Shown: positions 1-11,769 of the stretch, piece after piece
Layout of the letters: every line of letters begins with the position of its first letter
Numbering within the stretch: position 1 is the stretch's first letter
Assembly: GCF_902652985.1 (NCBI RefSeq)
Contig: NC_047030.1
Coordinates: forward strand, 4,154,001-4,218,000
Reading direction: 5' to 3'
Length of the DNA: 64,000 nucleotides
Source: Pecten maximus
Lineage: Eukaryota
Made by a program: the position numbers and the translations under genes
Notes under the pieces: generated by a model
Database searches by the model: none
What the model was told of the DNA's origin: nothing
Seen by the model: only the letters and a program-made list of their open reading frames with translations

Positions 1-3000
1 TAGATTGAAGGATCAATTATGGCCTGGTGTGGGTGTTGAGAGAGATAATGACAATATAGGTGTCAGCAAATCTCTTGACACTTGTGAAGAAATTTCTTCT
101 GATGGTAAGAGCAGAGATGACCTAGACCAAGAAAAATGTCAGGTTGGGTTGAGAGAAGGAACAGACACCTCATTAGAGGTCGGTAACTCATTCGAGGTTT
201 TATATGAATACCTGACAAACAGAGATGGACAAAGCATCTTAGAGACATTACTATGTGCTGAAAAAGAGGAAAAGTATGGATCAGAACAAAATCTACCTGT
301 GCTTGAAGGGTGTGAGGAAATTCTAGATCCTGAATCTCTGAAGGAGAGATTGAAGGAAGGAGAAAGACTTCCGGATCTGGTGGAACCAACAGTATCACTA
401 ATCCCGGATTGTAATGAGGGCTCTAATAGTTTCAGTCCTTTTTCAGTGGTCAACCAATCCTTACAACTTTCCAAATGTTCTGATCAGATTCTGTATCCAT
501 CGGCAACGTCTCTGACATCATTTGAGGAAAAAGGTGAAAAAGCTGCCAGATTTGCACCACAAAATTTCAAGCCTATTGCTTCTGTTATCCCATTTCAAGA
601 GAAATCTGCCTCTAATCTTTTCAGCACATGATAAAATATCTAGGGCATTTCCTAGAGACGGTATGGTACAGACGCCAGTGACCTTTTCAGTAGAAGCTAG
701 TGAAGGGAATGCTGCATTGGATCTGTCCACAAGCAGAGATCATTCCTCTTTACCTATTCCCACTGTGCATGCTGACAATACACTGACGGAAAAGGCACAC
801 AACACTCAGAAAGAAAACTTTTTGTTTGCAAACACACCAGCAGTGTCATTTCTTCAGGGAAGACCAACAGAAACATTTGTGTCTTCATCTCAAATGGAAT
901 CAACCTCTGTTTCTGGTGCAGTATCAATTTTGCCATCACTATATACGGAATCAACCTCATTTTCCAAAAAGGAATCAATTTTGCCACCACTATATACGGA
1001 ATCAGCCTCATTTTCCAAAAAAGAATCAATTTTGCCATCACTTTACCAGGAATCAACCTCATTTTCCAAAAAGGAATCAACTTTTCCATCACTATATATG
1101 GAATCAACCTCATTTTCCAAAAAAAAATCATTTTTGCCATCACTTCACAAGGAATCAACCTTATTTCCCAAAAGAGAAACAGTTTTGCCCTCACTTCACC
1201 AAGAATCAACCATATTTTCCTGTAGAGAACCAACTTGGTCTTCACTTCATGGAGAATCAACCTTATTTCCTAGCCGAGAATCAAATTCTTCATCATCACC
1301 TCCAGATTCTGCCGTGTCAACATCTAGTGTAGGTTCGAGGATATCATCCTGTGGGAAGGAACAAACTTTATTTCCTGGCAAATGTTCAACAGTTCAGTCA
1401 TCATTTCAACAAAACCTAAATATGTCACATCTTGATCAGGAATCCATCTCGGCTTTTCCTGACACTGACTTTGTTCAAAGTAGTGCTTTAATTGACCTGA
1501 GTTCATTTGTACAAGAACATGTGACAAATTTGGAAAGAAAATCCTCCTCAACATTGTCCATGTTATGTGAATCCAATAAGACAAGTCACAGAAATACAGA
1601 AAAGATTAATTCACCTTTTAGAATCAACTTTAACAGGGACATAAAAACACCATCTTTATTTTCTGCTGAGGAATTTCACCAGAGAGTAACACACGAAGTG
1701 ACAAACTCCCTCCTCACCACCTCGAGTATCTCCCAGGCCAAAATCACTGATTCACTCACCACCTCGAGTATCTCCCAGGCTAAAAACGCTGATTCACTCA
1801 CCACCTGGAGTACCTCCCAGGCCAAAATCGCTGATTCACTCACCACCTGGAGTATCTCTCAGGCCAAAATCGCTGATTCACTCACCACCTCGAGTATCTC
1901 CCAGGCTAAAATCACTGATTCACTCACCACCTGGAGTATCTCCCAGGCCAATAATGCTGATTCACTCATCACCTGGAGTATCTTCAAGGCCAAAATCACC
2001 GATTTACTCACCACCCGGAGTATCTTCCAGGCCAAAATCGCTGATTCACTCACCACCTCGAGTATCTCCCAGGCCAATAATGCTGATTCACTCACCACCT
2101 GGAGTACCTCCCAGGCCAAAAATGCTGATTCACTCACCACCTGGAGTATCTCCCAGGCCAATAATGCTGATTCACTCAAGACCTCGAGTATCTCCCAGGC
2201 CAACATCACTGATTCACTCACCACCTGGAGTATCTCCCAGGCCAAAATCACTGATTCACTCACCACCTGGAGTATCTTCCAGGCCAAAATCACTGATTCA
2301 CTCACCACCTGGAGTATCTCCCAGGCCAAAATCGCTGATTCACTCACCACCTGGAGTATCTCCCAGGCTAAAATCACTGATTCACTCACCACCTGGAGTA
2401 TCTACCAGGCCAAAATCACTGATTCACTCACCACCAGGAGTATCTCCCGGGCCAAAATCACTGATTCACTCACCACCTGGAGTATCTCCCGGGCCAAAAT
2501 TACTGATTCACTCACCACCTGGAGTATCTGCCAGGCCAAAATCACTGATTCACTCACCACCTGGAGTATCTCCCAGCCCAAAAATGCTGATTCACTCACG
2601 ACCTCGAGTATCTCCCAGGCCAAAATCACTGATTCACTCACCACCTGGAGTATCTCCCAGGCCAAAAATGCTGATTCACTCACGACCTCGAGTATCTCCC
2701 AGGCCAAAAACGCTGATTCACTCACCACCTGGAGTATCTCCCAGGCCAAAATCACTGATTCACTCACCACCTGGAGTATCTCTCAGGCCAAAATCACCAA
2801 TTCACTCACCACCTGGAGTATCTCCCAGGCCAAAATCACTGATTCACATACCACCTGGAGTATCTCTCAGGCCAAAATTACTGATTCACTCACCACCTGG
2901 AGTATCTCCCAGGCCAAAAACACTGATTCACTCACCTTTGATGCCAAGCTCACCAATTCTCATGAGGCCAAATATGCCGGTTATTACCCCTTCTTTGCCA

Positions 3001-6000
3001 AACTCACCAAATCTTGTCATCTCCGTACCAACTTTTACTTCATCACCAAACTTTCCAATGTCTTCATTTTCATGTATGCCAAACAGGCATGTTTTCGGCT
3101 CTTCACCAAACTCACCAAGTCACCTTAATGCTCCCATGCCAAAGATGCCTGGTCTGACGTCTGTTGTGCCAAACTCTTATCCATGTCTGAAAACCTCCTC
3201 TCCATCAAACTTGAAAATGGACATCATCCCTTCTGTGCCAAATATACCTGACATATCTTCTCCGCCTTCCTGTAACAATGAGAAGACGACCCAACAAGGG
3301 ATAGGATTATCGACGCCCCTTAAACATAAGCAGATCATGATAGAGAAATACAAAATGTCTGTTCACACCGACAACTGTACATCAGGAATCAACCAATACG
3401 ATAGATTCCTCTGTGAGAATACTAGTGTAGAAGAACCAGCTGTTGATTTTCCTGTGGCAGGAACAGAAACAAAAAGGAGAAAACTCCAGCTTTTTCAGAA
3501 ATGACCAAAATCACGCCTTTTCTAAATCAGAGAAAGAGTTGGTCTTTCCTGAAGCCAAACAAATTTTGACTCGGGAATATTTTGATTTTACTCAATGTTC
3601 TGCCATTAGCCACTCTTTACAATATGATCATCTGGATCCATGTGAAACATTTTACTGGTGTCATGTTTGTGAGAAATCTGTCAAGAGTGAAAAAGATGCC
3701 AACCGTCACATGACTACTCATGGTTTCAGCACCAAGGCAAATCTCCTCCTCTACTACCTACAGGTGAGTCAGTGTTATGTATAAAAACAATATTAAAGTA
3801 AGGTTTTATGAAATACACAAGAGAGCCATTAGGTCACAACGTCAAGGTCATCACACCAAGGTCATCACACCAAAGTCATCACACCAAGGTCATTACACAT
3901 AGCTATTAAGGGCATCGCACCAAGGTCATCACAACAAGGTCATTACACCAAGCTATTAAGTTCATCACACCAAGGTCATTGCACCAAGTCATCGCACCAA
4001 GAACACCACAAGGTCATCGTACCAAGGTCATCACAGCCAGAACACACACCATCATCACACTTTGTTCACATCAAGAACACCACACCAAAGTCATCACAAA
4101 TAGGTTGCCACACCAAGTCACCACATCAAGTCATCACACCAAGGTGACCGCAACAAGGTGACCGCAACAAGGTCGCCACACCAAGTCATCACACCAAGTC
4201 ACCACACCAAGTCATCACACCAAGGTTGCCACACCAAGGTCTCCACATCGAGTCATTACACCAACCGCACCACACCAAAGTCGCCACACCAAATCGTCAC
4301 AAAAAGGTCTCCACACCAAGTCTTAACACCAAGGTCTCCACACCAAAGGTCACCACACCAAGGTCGTCACACCAAGTCTTTACACCAACGTCGCCACACC
4401 AAGGTCATCACACCAAGGTCATCACACCAACGTCGCCACACCAAGGTTTCCACATAAAGTCACCATGCCCTGTAGGTAGGGCATAAGAATTGTACCTGCA
4501 GCACCCCTGATAGTAAGAAGCTCTATTTTCTTAACAACTTTCTTCTTCCCTAATGTCTCCTTTGACAATGCCTAATTTTTTGGCCTTGGTTGAACGCTTG
4601 CCCCTGTGAGGAAGGCTTTGGGTTGTGTCCCCTGGCCGAGACATACCAGAGTCTTTAAAAAAGGTAGTTGCTACTCCTGCTAAGTGCTCAGCATTTTGGG
4701 TGTTGGAGGACTGGTTTGTCCATTGTCAGTATGAGGTGACTGGGTAAGGTGTTCTACTGGGTGCCTTTGCAAGTATGCTTCAAAGAGGCAGCATTATAAA
4801 TCGGCAAAAGTTCCAGAGACTTAACACGAACATACCGCAGCCTCACAAATACACATATGCACTCATCACATATGTTGCCGCAGGCACAGGAGGCTGTCCT
4901 TAAATGACGTTAGCTATTGATAGGATGTTAAACAATAATAAACCAATAAATACCAAGTCACCACACCAAGGTCTCCACATCAAAATAACACCAAGGTCAC
5001 AGCACCAAGTTAACAACACCAAGGACACCACATTAAGTTAACAACCCCAAGGTCATCACATTAAGTTAACAACCCCAAGGTCATCACATCAAATTAACAA
5101 TATCTAGGTCAATCAGCTTTACACCAAGGTCACCACATCAAATTAACAATATCTAGGTCAATCAGCTTTACACCAAGGTCACCACATCAAATTAACAATA
5201 TCTAGGTCAATCAGCTTTACACCAAGGTCACCACATCAAGTTAACAACACCAAGGTCACCACACCAAGTTAACAACACCAAGGTCACCACACCAAGTTAA
5301 CAACCCCAAGGTCATCACATCAAGTTAACAACCCCAAGGTCATCACATCAAGTTAACAACCCCAAGGTCACTACATCAAGTTAACAACACCAAGGTCACC
5401 ACGCCAAGTTAACAACCCCAAGGTCATCACATCAAGTTAACAACCCCAAGGTCACTACATCAAGTTAACAACACCAAGGTCACAACATCAGCTTTGCACC
5501 AATGTCACCACATCAGCTTTACACCCAAGGTCGCCACATCGAGTTAACAACACCAAGGTCATCACATCAAGTTAACAACACCAAGGTCGCCACATCAAGT
5601 TAACAACATGTAGGTGGATCAGCTTTACACCAAGGTCGCCACATCAGCTTAACAAGAATTATCCATGGATGCATGTCTAAACTAAATGTTATATATTTGA
5701 TTTGGTGATCTTGCATTTGAGTGATCATGTGATTTTAATGTTATGCTTGAGTGAACCTTCCTTTGTATGACTAATGATACAGTTGGTTGCCTCTATAGGT
5801 GTATGGTTGTGTGACAGTACATTGGCGCGGCTACAACCGGTTAGAGAAGTGTGTTTATCTGTGTGGCCTCTGTGACCAGACCATTCCATACATCAACGGA
5901 TTCAAGCGTCACATCCAGAAACATGGGAACAATATCGTTTGTGACGTGTGTAACAAATGTTTTAATGATGCTGAGAGTCTCCTTGAACACAAGCTATCAC

Positions 6001-9000
6001 ATTCCGGTAAGTAATTTCAGATTATTTAGTTACAATTTGACAGTGTTTTCTTGGGAAATTGCCAGTCAGTACCAGTGGTGCCGGTGGTGGATATTGGGAT
6101 ATTGCCAGTCAGTACCAGTGGTGCCGTTGGTGGATATTGGGATATTGCCAGTCAGTACCAGTGGTGCCGGTGGTGGATATTGGGATATTGCCAGTCAGTA
6201 CCAGTGGTGCCGGTGGTGGATATTGGGATATTGTCAGTCAGTACCAGTGGTGCCGGTGGTGGATATTGGGATATTGCCAGTCAGTACCAGTGGTGCCGGT
6301 GGTGGATATTGCCAGTCAGTACCAGTGGTGCCGGTGGTGGATATTGGGATATTTGTAGCAAAAGTATAAAATAAGGAAAGAATGGGGAACACATATTGCT
6401 GGGTCTCTTGTCCTCTCATTAAAAATTATCAGATTTCGAGATTTTGGGAATTTCAATGCTATAATTGGTAAAGATAAGAACAACATACACAACAGGAAAA
6501 AAATTAGTACTTTGTTTAAGGCAGGAAAGACACTATCTTGTTAGGTCACCTGACACTATGGTTCATGATGATCTATATAGGTACCCTGCTTTGTCTGCCT
6601 TTGTCCGTCGTGTATAAACTTTTCATTCAAACGATTTCTTTTCAATAACCAGAAAGCCCAGGGTACTGATATTGTGCATGTAGCATACCACGTTTGTTCA
6701 AATGGATGACCTTGAGCTTCCTTTAAGTTAACTTGGGTCAAATAGGCTAAAAAAAAATCAAGCAACCTTTTTCTCAATAACCAAGAGGCCCAGGGGCTTA
6801 ATATAAGGCCTGTAGCATGCTGGGGTAAAGGGCTACCAAGTTAGTTCAAATGAAAGACCTTGACCTTCATTCAAGGTCACATGAGTCAAATGGGCTAATT
6901 TTTTAACAACTTCTTCTCAAAAACCAAGAGGCCAAAGGACTTGATATTAGGCCTGTAGCATGCTTGGGTAAGTGGCTACCAAGTTTGTTCAAATGAATGA
7001 CCTTGACCTACAATAAAGGTAACAATTAATCAATTAGGCTTAAATCTTTAAACAATGATTTTTTGACATTTGAGAGACTCCTGAGACCTGATATTAGGCC
7101 AATAGTATGCTGGAATGAAGGGCTAGTAGACAATTTATTGACATGAGTAAACCTTACCTACTGATGTTTGAATAAATTGGTAATCAGCTTAGTATCTGCA
7201 GAAATGACCTAGATCAACTTCAAAGTTGCTGTAAGGCCATTTAAGCGATACGGGACCTATTGTGCCTCTTATTAGATTTACTAGTGAGTGCATCATAGAA
7301 ATAAAACTTGCTGTCTTTACATAAATACGACAGCTTCACTCACAAAGTAAACCAAAATTCCCTCGCATATTAAGTCATAAACATTCTTCATTCGCCCTGA
7401 AGCATCAATAATGACCAAAAAAACTTGACATTTGTTTGTGTGCAATTCATTCTTTTCCTGTACATTTGGACGTTGATATCATCACTAGTCTGCACTATCA
7501 CTCATCAAATCCTTCTTTCCATCAATAGAATTTTTGTATCTTTCTGATCTCGCACCAAGAAATGCCCCTTTATTTACTTGCTATAGTAGTATGATTTTCT
7601 CAGGGTAGTCAGATGACCATTAAGACCCATTGGGCCTCTTGTTTCATATATTACAATATGATATTGAGGTATTATATTCTTATTTAGTAATTTTATTTAT
7701 CTTCATTATTATTTTAGAAAAATAAATTTTACAGGGAAGAAAAATCATTATATTTCTATAATGAAAATGAATTGTTAAATTTCCCCTTTTAAAATACTGA
7801 GAGAATGTGATGTTACACAAGATTTTCAGTATACTTGTCCCTAACATATAATTTCTTAAGTTTATAAATGCAGATACTCTGTGTGAACAATGTGTTACAC
7901 ACATACAATGCAACATGCTTGTGTCTTTTGTCAAGGTCATTGTCATTGTTCAAGGTCAAATGACAAATCTTGCCTGGTAAAAACCTGTCTTGTTTTAATC
8001 TTAACTGATTAACTATTACATCAATACAATTTTACACCACATATATATATATATGCATATTCCAAGACAGGATATTACCGCCCTTTGTGTGTCTTAGGTC
8101 AAGGTCAGGTCAAAGATGGTTGTAAATTCTAAATTTGGTTAAATAATCTTAACACCTTGTTCCAGGATTTAATCATTGTTGCAAATACAAGATGTACATG
8201 AAATAAAATTGTATGTATACATATCTCCCACTACATCCCTGTTTCAATTTATCCTGCAACTGCCACCGCATTGTCGGAATACACCCACCGTATAGATTTT
8301 TGCTGTATACGGCAGTGACGGAAAACAGCTGTATTTTGGAATCTTAGCACGTGCGTCAATTCGACTGACCTACTTCAAAGTGAAACAACGTTTAAAAGGC
8401 GAACATATTTCTGCCATTTTTGACACTGTTTCACTTCAAAATGATTATTTTTGATGATTATTTTTTTATTGTTGCAGGATAAATAGAATACATGGTCAGT
8501 GTCTTAAAATATAAGCTGTATTTTTGGCTCGATTTATATTTTAAGACACTGACCATGTATTCTCTATATATGTACAGTACATTGGTTACTGGTAAACAGC
8601 TGTTTGTTGTCATATTCAAAACTGTATGATGCCTTTCCATTTAATATCAACATAAAGATATTGTTTCTTTACACTACAGGCTGGGTCATGGCTTCCTTGT
8701 CTTGAAATGCTCTCTTTATATGTTTTCCAATCCAGAATCCAAATCTAATGACCATGAGGGTGGTGAAGGGTTTACCAGCAGGGGAAACAGACTAGCAAGC
8801 AACTCCCGGACATGTTCTTCTGACACTGTCAAGTGTAGTTACTGTGGCAAGTTCTTTTCCAGTCGGGGCAGTTTGACCATCCACGTTCGACTCCATACTG
8901 GACAAAATCCTTACAAGTGTCGACTATGTGACCGAAGTTACCCACAGAACATTCAGCTGAAACTCCACATGAAGTCACACATCCGACTTGGTGATATCAA

Positions 9001-9007
9001 AGAGTGA
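1..9007 (+). CDS. C2H2 zinc-finger protein, 5'-incomplete. Coding segments: large region about 1-3763 (frame-disrupted), 5799-6006, 8736-9007
   Basis: Five C2H2 fingers: CHVC..HMTTH (about 3658-3721); CGLC..HIQKH and CDVC..HKLSH (exon 5799-6006); CSYC..HVRLH-TGQNP-YKCRLC..HMKSH (exon 8736-9007, stop TGA). Splice sites CAG|gtgagt (3763), ctatag|GTG (5799), CCG|gtaagt (6006) and tccag|AA (8736) join in frame. The upstream acidic and Ser/Pro-rich region is split across ORFs 5-631, 522-3128, 1954-3504 and 3443-3784. Confidence 0.8.
925..1275 (+). repeat. Coding tandem repeat, 51-bp unit (17 aa, ESILPSLYTESTSFSKK-like), about 6-7 copies
   Basis: Periodic GAATCAACC..TTTTCC motif, in frame in ORF 522-3128. 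Confidence 0.85.
1705..2937 (+). repeat. Tandem repeat inside the ZF coding region, 42-bp unit, about 29 copies (IHSPPGVSPRPKSL in one frame, SISQAKITDSLTTW in another)
   Basis: Unit GATTCACTCACCACCTGGAGTATCTCCCAGGCCAAAATCACT, open in two + frames. Confidence 0.95.
3830..5650. repeat. Degenerate intronic minisatellite (CACCAAGGTCATCA and CAAGTTAACAAC units), interrupted by a SINE
   Basis: Short units run 3830-4460 and resume 4955-5650. Confidence 0.85.
4465..4950 (+). mobile_element. tRNA-derived SINE-like element (mollusc type), degenerate
   Basis: Degenerate tRNA-like head (about 4585-4640), central block AGAGTCTTTAAAAAAGGTAGTTGCTACTCCTGCTAAGTGCTCAGCATT, and 3' tail GTCCTTAAATGAC..GCTATTGATAGGATGTTAAACAATAATAAACC. 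The same tail occurs reversed at 36977-37030. Family assignment is unverified. Confidence 0.6.
6052..6352. repeat. Minisatellite, 43-bp unit, about 7 copies, 45 nt after a ZF donor site
   Basis: Unit GGGATATTGCCAGTCAGTACCAGTGGTGCCGGTGGTGGATATT. Confidence 0.9.
6541..7272 (+). mobile_element. Non-autonomous Helentron/HINE-like interspersed repeat with internal tandem subrepeats
   Basis: Starts TTAGGTCACCTGA, has repeated GGGCTACCAAGTTTGTTCAAATG..GACCTTGACC..CAAGGTCAC blocks, and ends in a short palindromic GGACC..GTGCCTCTT tail. Homologous to 10610-11232. Confidence 0.55.
8485..8563. repeat. Perfect 30-bp inverted repeat with a 19-nt loop
   Basis: AGAATACATGGTCAGTGTCTTAAAATATAA (8485-8514) and its exact reverse complement (8534-8563). 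Confidence 0.9.
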
Positions 9008-9276
9008 GATTTACAATCATCCAACTTAATCCTCTGTTATGGTACATTTAAAGTGAACATAATTTAGAACCAACTTGAATGTGGCTGGTGTCATTATTTT
9101 GTTTTACAAATTGAAATCAGAATGTTGTGGAGTTGATACCTGACATATATAATGATTTACTTACATCTCTTTTATAATTAAATATGTTACATTTACATTG
9201 TATGTACTTCTGGCAGGTTATTTTAAATGCCGAATATTTTGGTTCTTTCATAAAATAAATGTTAAAATTTGTCTGT

Positions 9277-9452
9277 TTATGCCCCCACCATGAAATGGTG
9301 GAGCATGCATATAGTGTTACGCATGTCCGGTCCCGTCCTGTCCAATTCCGTCCCGTCCCAATGAAATGTAACTAGCAAATCACAGGAACTGCTATTTTAA
9401 TCCTCACCAAACTGTGTTTCAGGGTGTCAAGTGACAGTGGGGGCATTTCTAT
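9277..9452 (+). mobile_element. Short HINE-like element downstream of the ZF stop codon
   Basis: TTTATGCCCCCACC start, small hairpin CCACCAT..ATGGTGG, (GTCCC)n microsatellite, GTGGGGGCAT end. Confidence 0.45.
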
Positions 9453-10211
9453 TTTGTGATTAATTTTTCTCATTACTCTGCCCTTGGAAAGGTCATTTTA
9501 TTGTTGTTTTGTGAATGGTTACTGGAAACATTTTTCTCAAGTTTCATGTGTGTGTTCCTCTTGGACACTGGATTTACTTACTCATTTTCTGTGTCATTTG
9601 AGTTTTGTTATAATATGGTTAAGAAAGAAGTCTATTTTTCACTATTTCTCAGAAAGTGCTGGATGGGTCTTTTTCAAATTATAAATGCTGTTTTAAAAGT
9701 ACCAAGTTTAACTTTATATTGACCTTCTGTAGACAAAATCTTGCTAAACAAAATCTTTATTGGATTTAAAATTATCATTCTGCAGGGTGTATGTGACTGA
9801 ACTTATCAAAGTGGCCAGCACATATTGAAGAGATACATATTAGTGAGTTGTTTGTATTGTTTGTTTCACAAAGTTGTTGTCAAGGTTACCAATATATCTT
9901 TTTTCAGTGTTTCATACTTAATATGTAGTACACGTTTCTTATTGTTACTTTATTTTCAAATTAAAATTGTTTTCCTTTTGTATCAAAAGTGTGTTTATTA
10001 GATTTGCGCTGTCTCGTAGAGAAAAAAATTCAACTAACTAAGATGCCTAATGTCACAAAACATTTAATTCTGGAATGTTAAAAACATGTAGATCCAAATT
10101 TGGCTTGTTAATTTTGGTCTTAGGGTAGACCTCGTCCTAAAGTAAACAGCCATCTACACCAGGTCTCTGTACCAGTGTGACGTCAACATTTAATTCTAGA
10201 AAGGACATTGC

Positions 10212-10612
10212 TGAGTTTTAACTCGTTAGCCGAGCGGACAAATGTTGAGTTTTTACTCGTTAACCCAGATGACAAATGTTGAGTTTTAACTCATTAACCC
10301 AGATGACAAGTGTTGAGTTTTAACTTGTTAACTCAGAGGACAAATGTTGAGTTTTAACTTGTTAACTCAGAGGACAAATGTTGAGTTTTAACTCATTAAC
10401 CCAGATGACAAGTGTTGAGTTTTAACTCGTTAACCCAGAGGACAAGGGTTGAGTTTTAACTTGTTAACCCAGATAACAAGTGTTGAGTTTTAACTCGTTA
10501 ACCCGGATGACAAGTGTTGAGTTTTAACTTGTTAACTCAGAGGACAAATGTTGAGTTTTAACTCGTTAACCCAGATGACAAGTGTTGAGTTTTAACTTGT
10601 TAACCCGGAGGA
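10212..10612. repeat. Minisatellite, 34-bp unit, about 12 copies
   Basis: Unit TGTTGAGTTTTAACTCGTTAACCCAGATGACAAG; runs directly into the element at 10610. Confidence 0.9.
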
Positions 10613-11232
10613 CCAGAGAGCATATGCCATGGTCTGGTGTCCGTTGTCTGTCCAGTGTCAAGTTTTCCCTTCTACTCAATAAGTAATTTAATAGGCTAGT
10701 TGTATGGTTGGGTGAAGGACTACCAAGTTTGTTCAAGTAAATTGCATTGACCCACTTTCAAGGTCACAGGTGTCAAATGTGTTCAAATCTTTCAACAACT
10801 TCTCAATAACCATAAGACCCAGGGTCAAGATACTTGGACAGTTGCTGCATGCTATGTTGAAGGGGCTACCAATTGTGTTTAAATGACTGACCTTTACATA
10901 CTTTAAAGGTCACAGGCCTAGAGCTCACATGATAAAGTCTTTAAATGACTTGCCATTAGCCAACACACACAGAGTCACGACATTGGACAGGGCTACCAAG
11001 TTTGTTCGAATGGATGACATTGACCTACACTCTTCACACACCTTCTCACTTACCCAGAGGTCTTTGATTGTTATACTGGTCCAGAAATATGTTGGCATGA
11101 AAGGCTATGAAAATTAAATAAACTTGACATTCTTTTAATGAAGAGGTAATGTTTTAAATCCAAAAGATAAAAAAAATACATAAACCAATTTTGAAGTTGT
11201 ATGTGGACAGTACAGGCCCATTGGGCCTCATT
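10610..11232 (+). mobile_element. Helentron/HINE-like interspersed repeat (same family as 6541-7272)
   Basis: GTCC/GTCT microsatellite, shared CTACCAAGTTTGTTC and CAAGGTCAC blocks, end CAGGCCCATTGGGCCTC. Confidence 0.55.
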
Positions 11233-11754
11233 TTGAATGGCTAGTTTTCCACATTATAGATAACACTTAGGGTTATCAATTTTATTGATCGTTAGATAAA
11301 TATAATCAAATAGATATACTGTTGCCTTGTGCTATTACTATAACCAGTGATTTGACCAGTCCTCTTTACATTGTTTAGCTTGTATGTGAGAGGAGGTTAT
11401 ATTTTGATTAGATTCTCAATCCTATCCATGATAATTAGAAAAAATTGCCTAGCACTCCCAGCCTTCAAAACCTGGATCAATTAAAGATCACTTCGGATTT
11501 CATAGCTAGATTTTAAATTATTTCATCAAAATGTACAATGGCATGAAAATTTACTTTTAACGACTGTTAGAAGGCCCTGACTAGTTCTACAGCCCTTGGT
11601 GTATACTTAGAACACTTCATCTTGTAAAATACTTTCAATAAATTTTGATGTGCAAAATTGTCAATGAAATAATGCCTGGTGTGTCTCTAGGCAGGTGACA
11701 TAGAATTTAAAGCATCAAAAGAAAAGGTATTCAATATTAGTGATTTCAAATAAG

Positions 11755-11760
11755 TTTAAT
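11755..11760 (-). terminator. Putative polyadenylation signal ATTAAA of the lectin gene
   Basis: TTTAAT on + strand, about 10 nt after the TAG stop. Confidence 0.5.
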
Positions 11761-11769
11761 GTACAATGT

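Noticed and set aside
629-631. Selenocysteine or simple readthrough at the TGA codons (629 and 3502)
   Set aside because: TGA at 629 is followed directly by TAA in frame, and at both sites the protein-like sequence continues in a different frame.
754-2770. Antisense ORFs over the zinc-finger gene
   Set aside because: Mirror frames of the coding repeats.
3413-3530. A 118-nt GT-AG intron to repair the third frame break
   Set aside because: Splicing would create T+AG, a TAG stop, at the junction.
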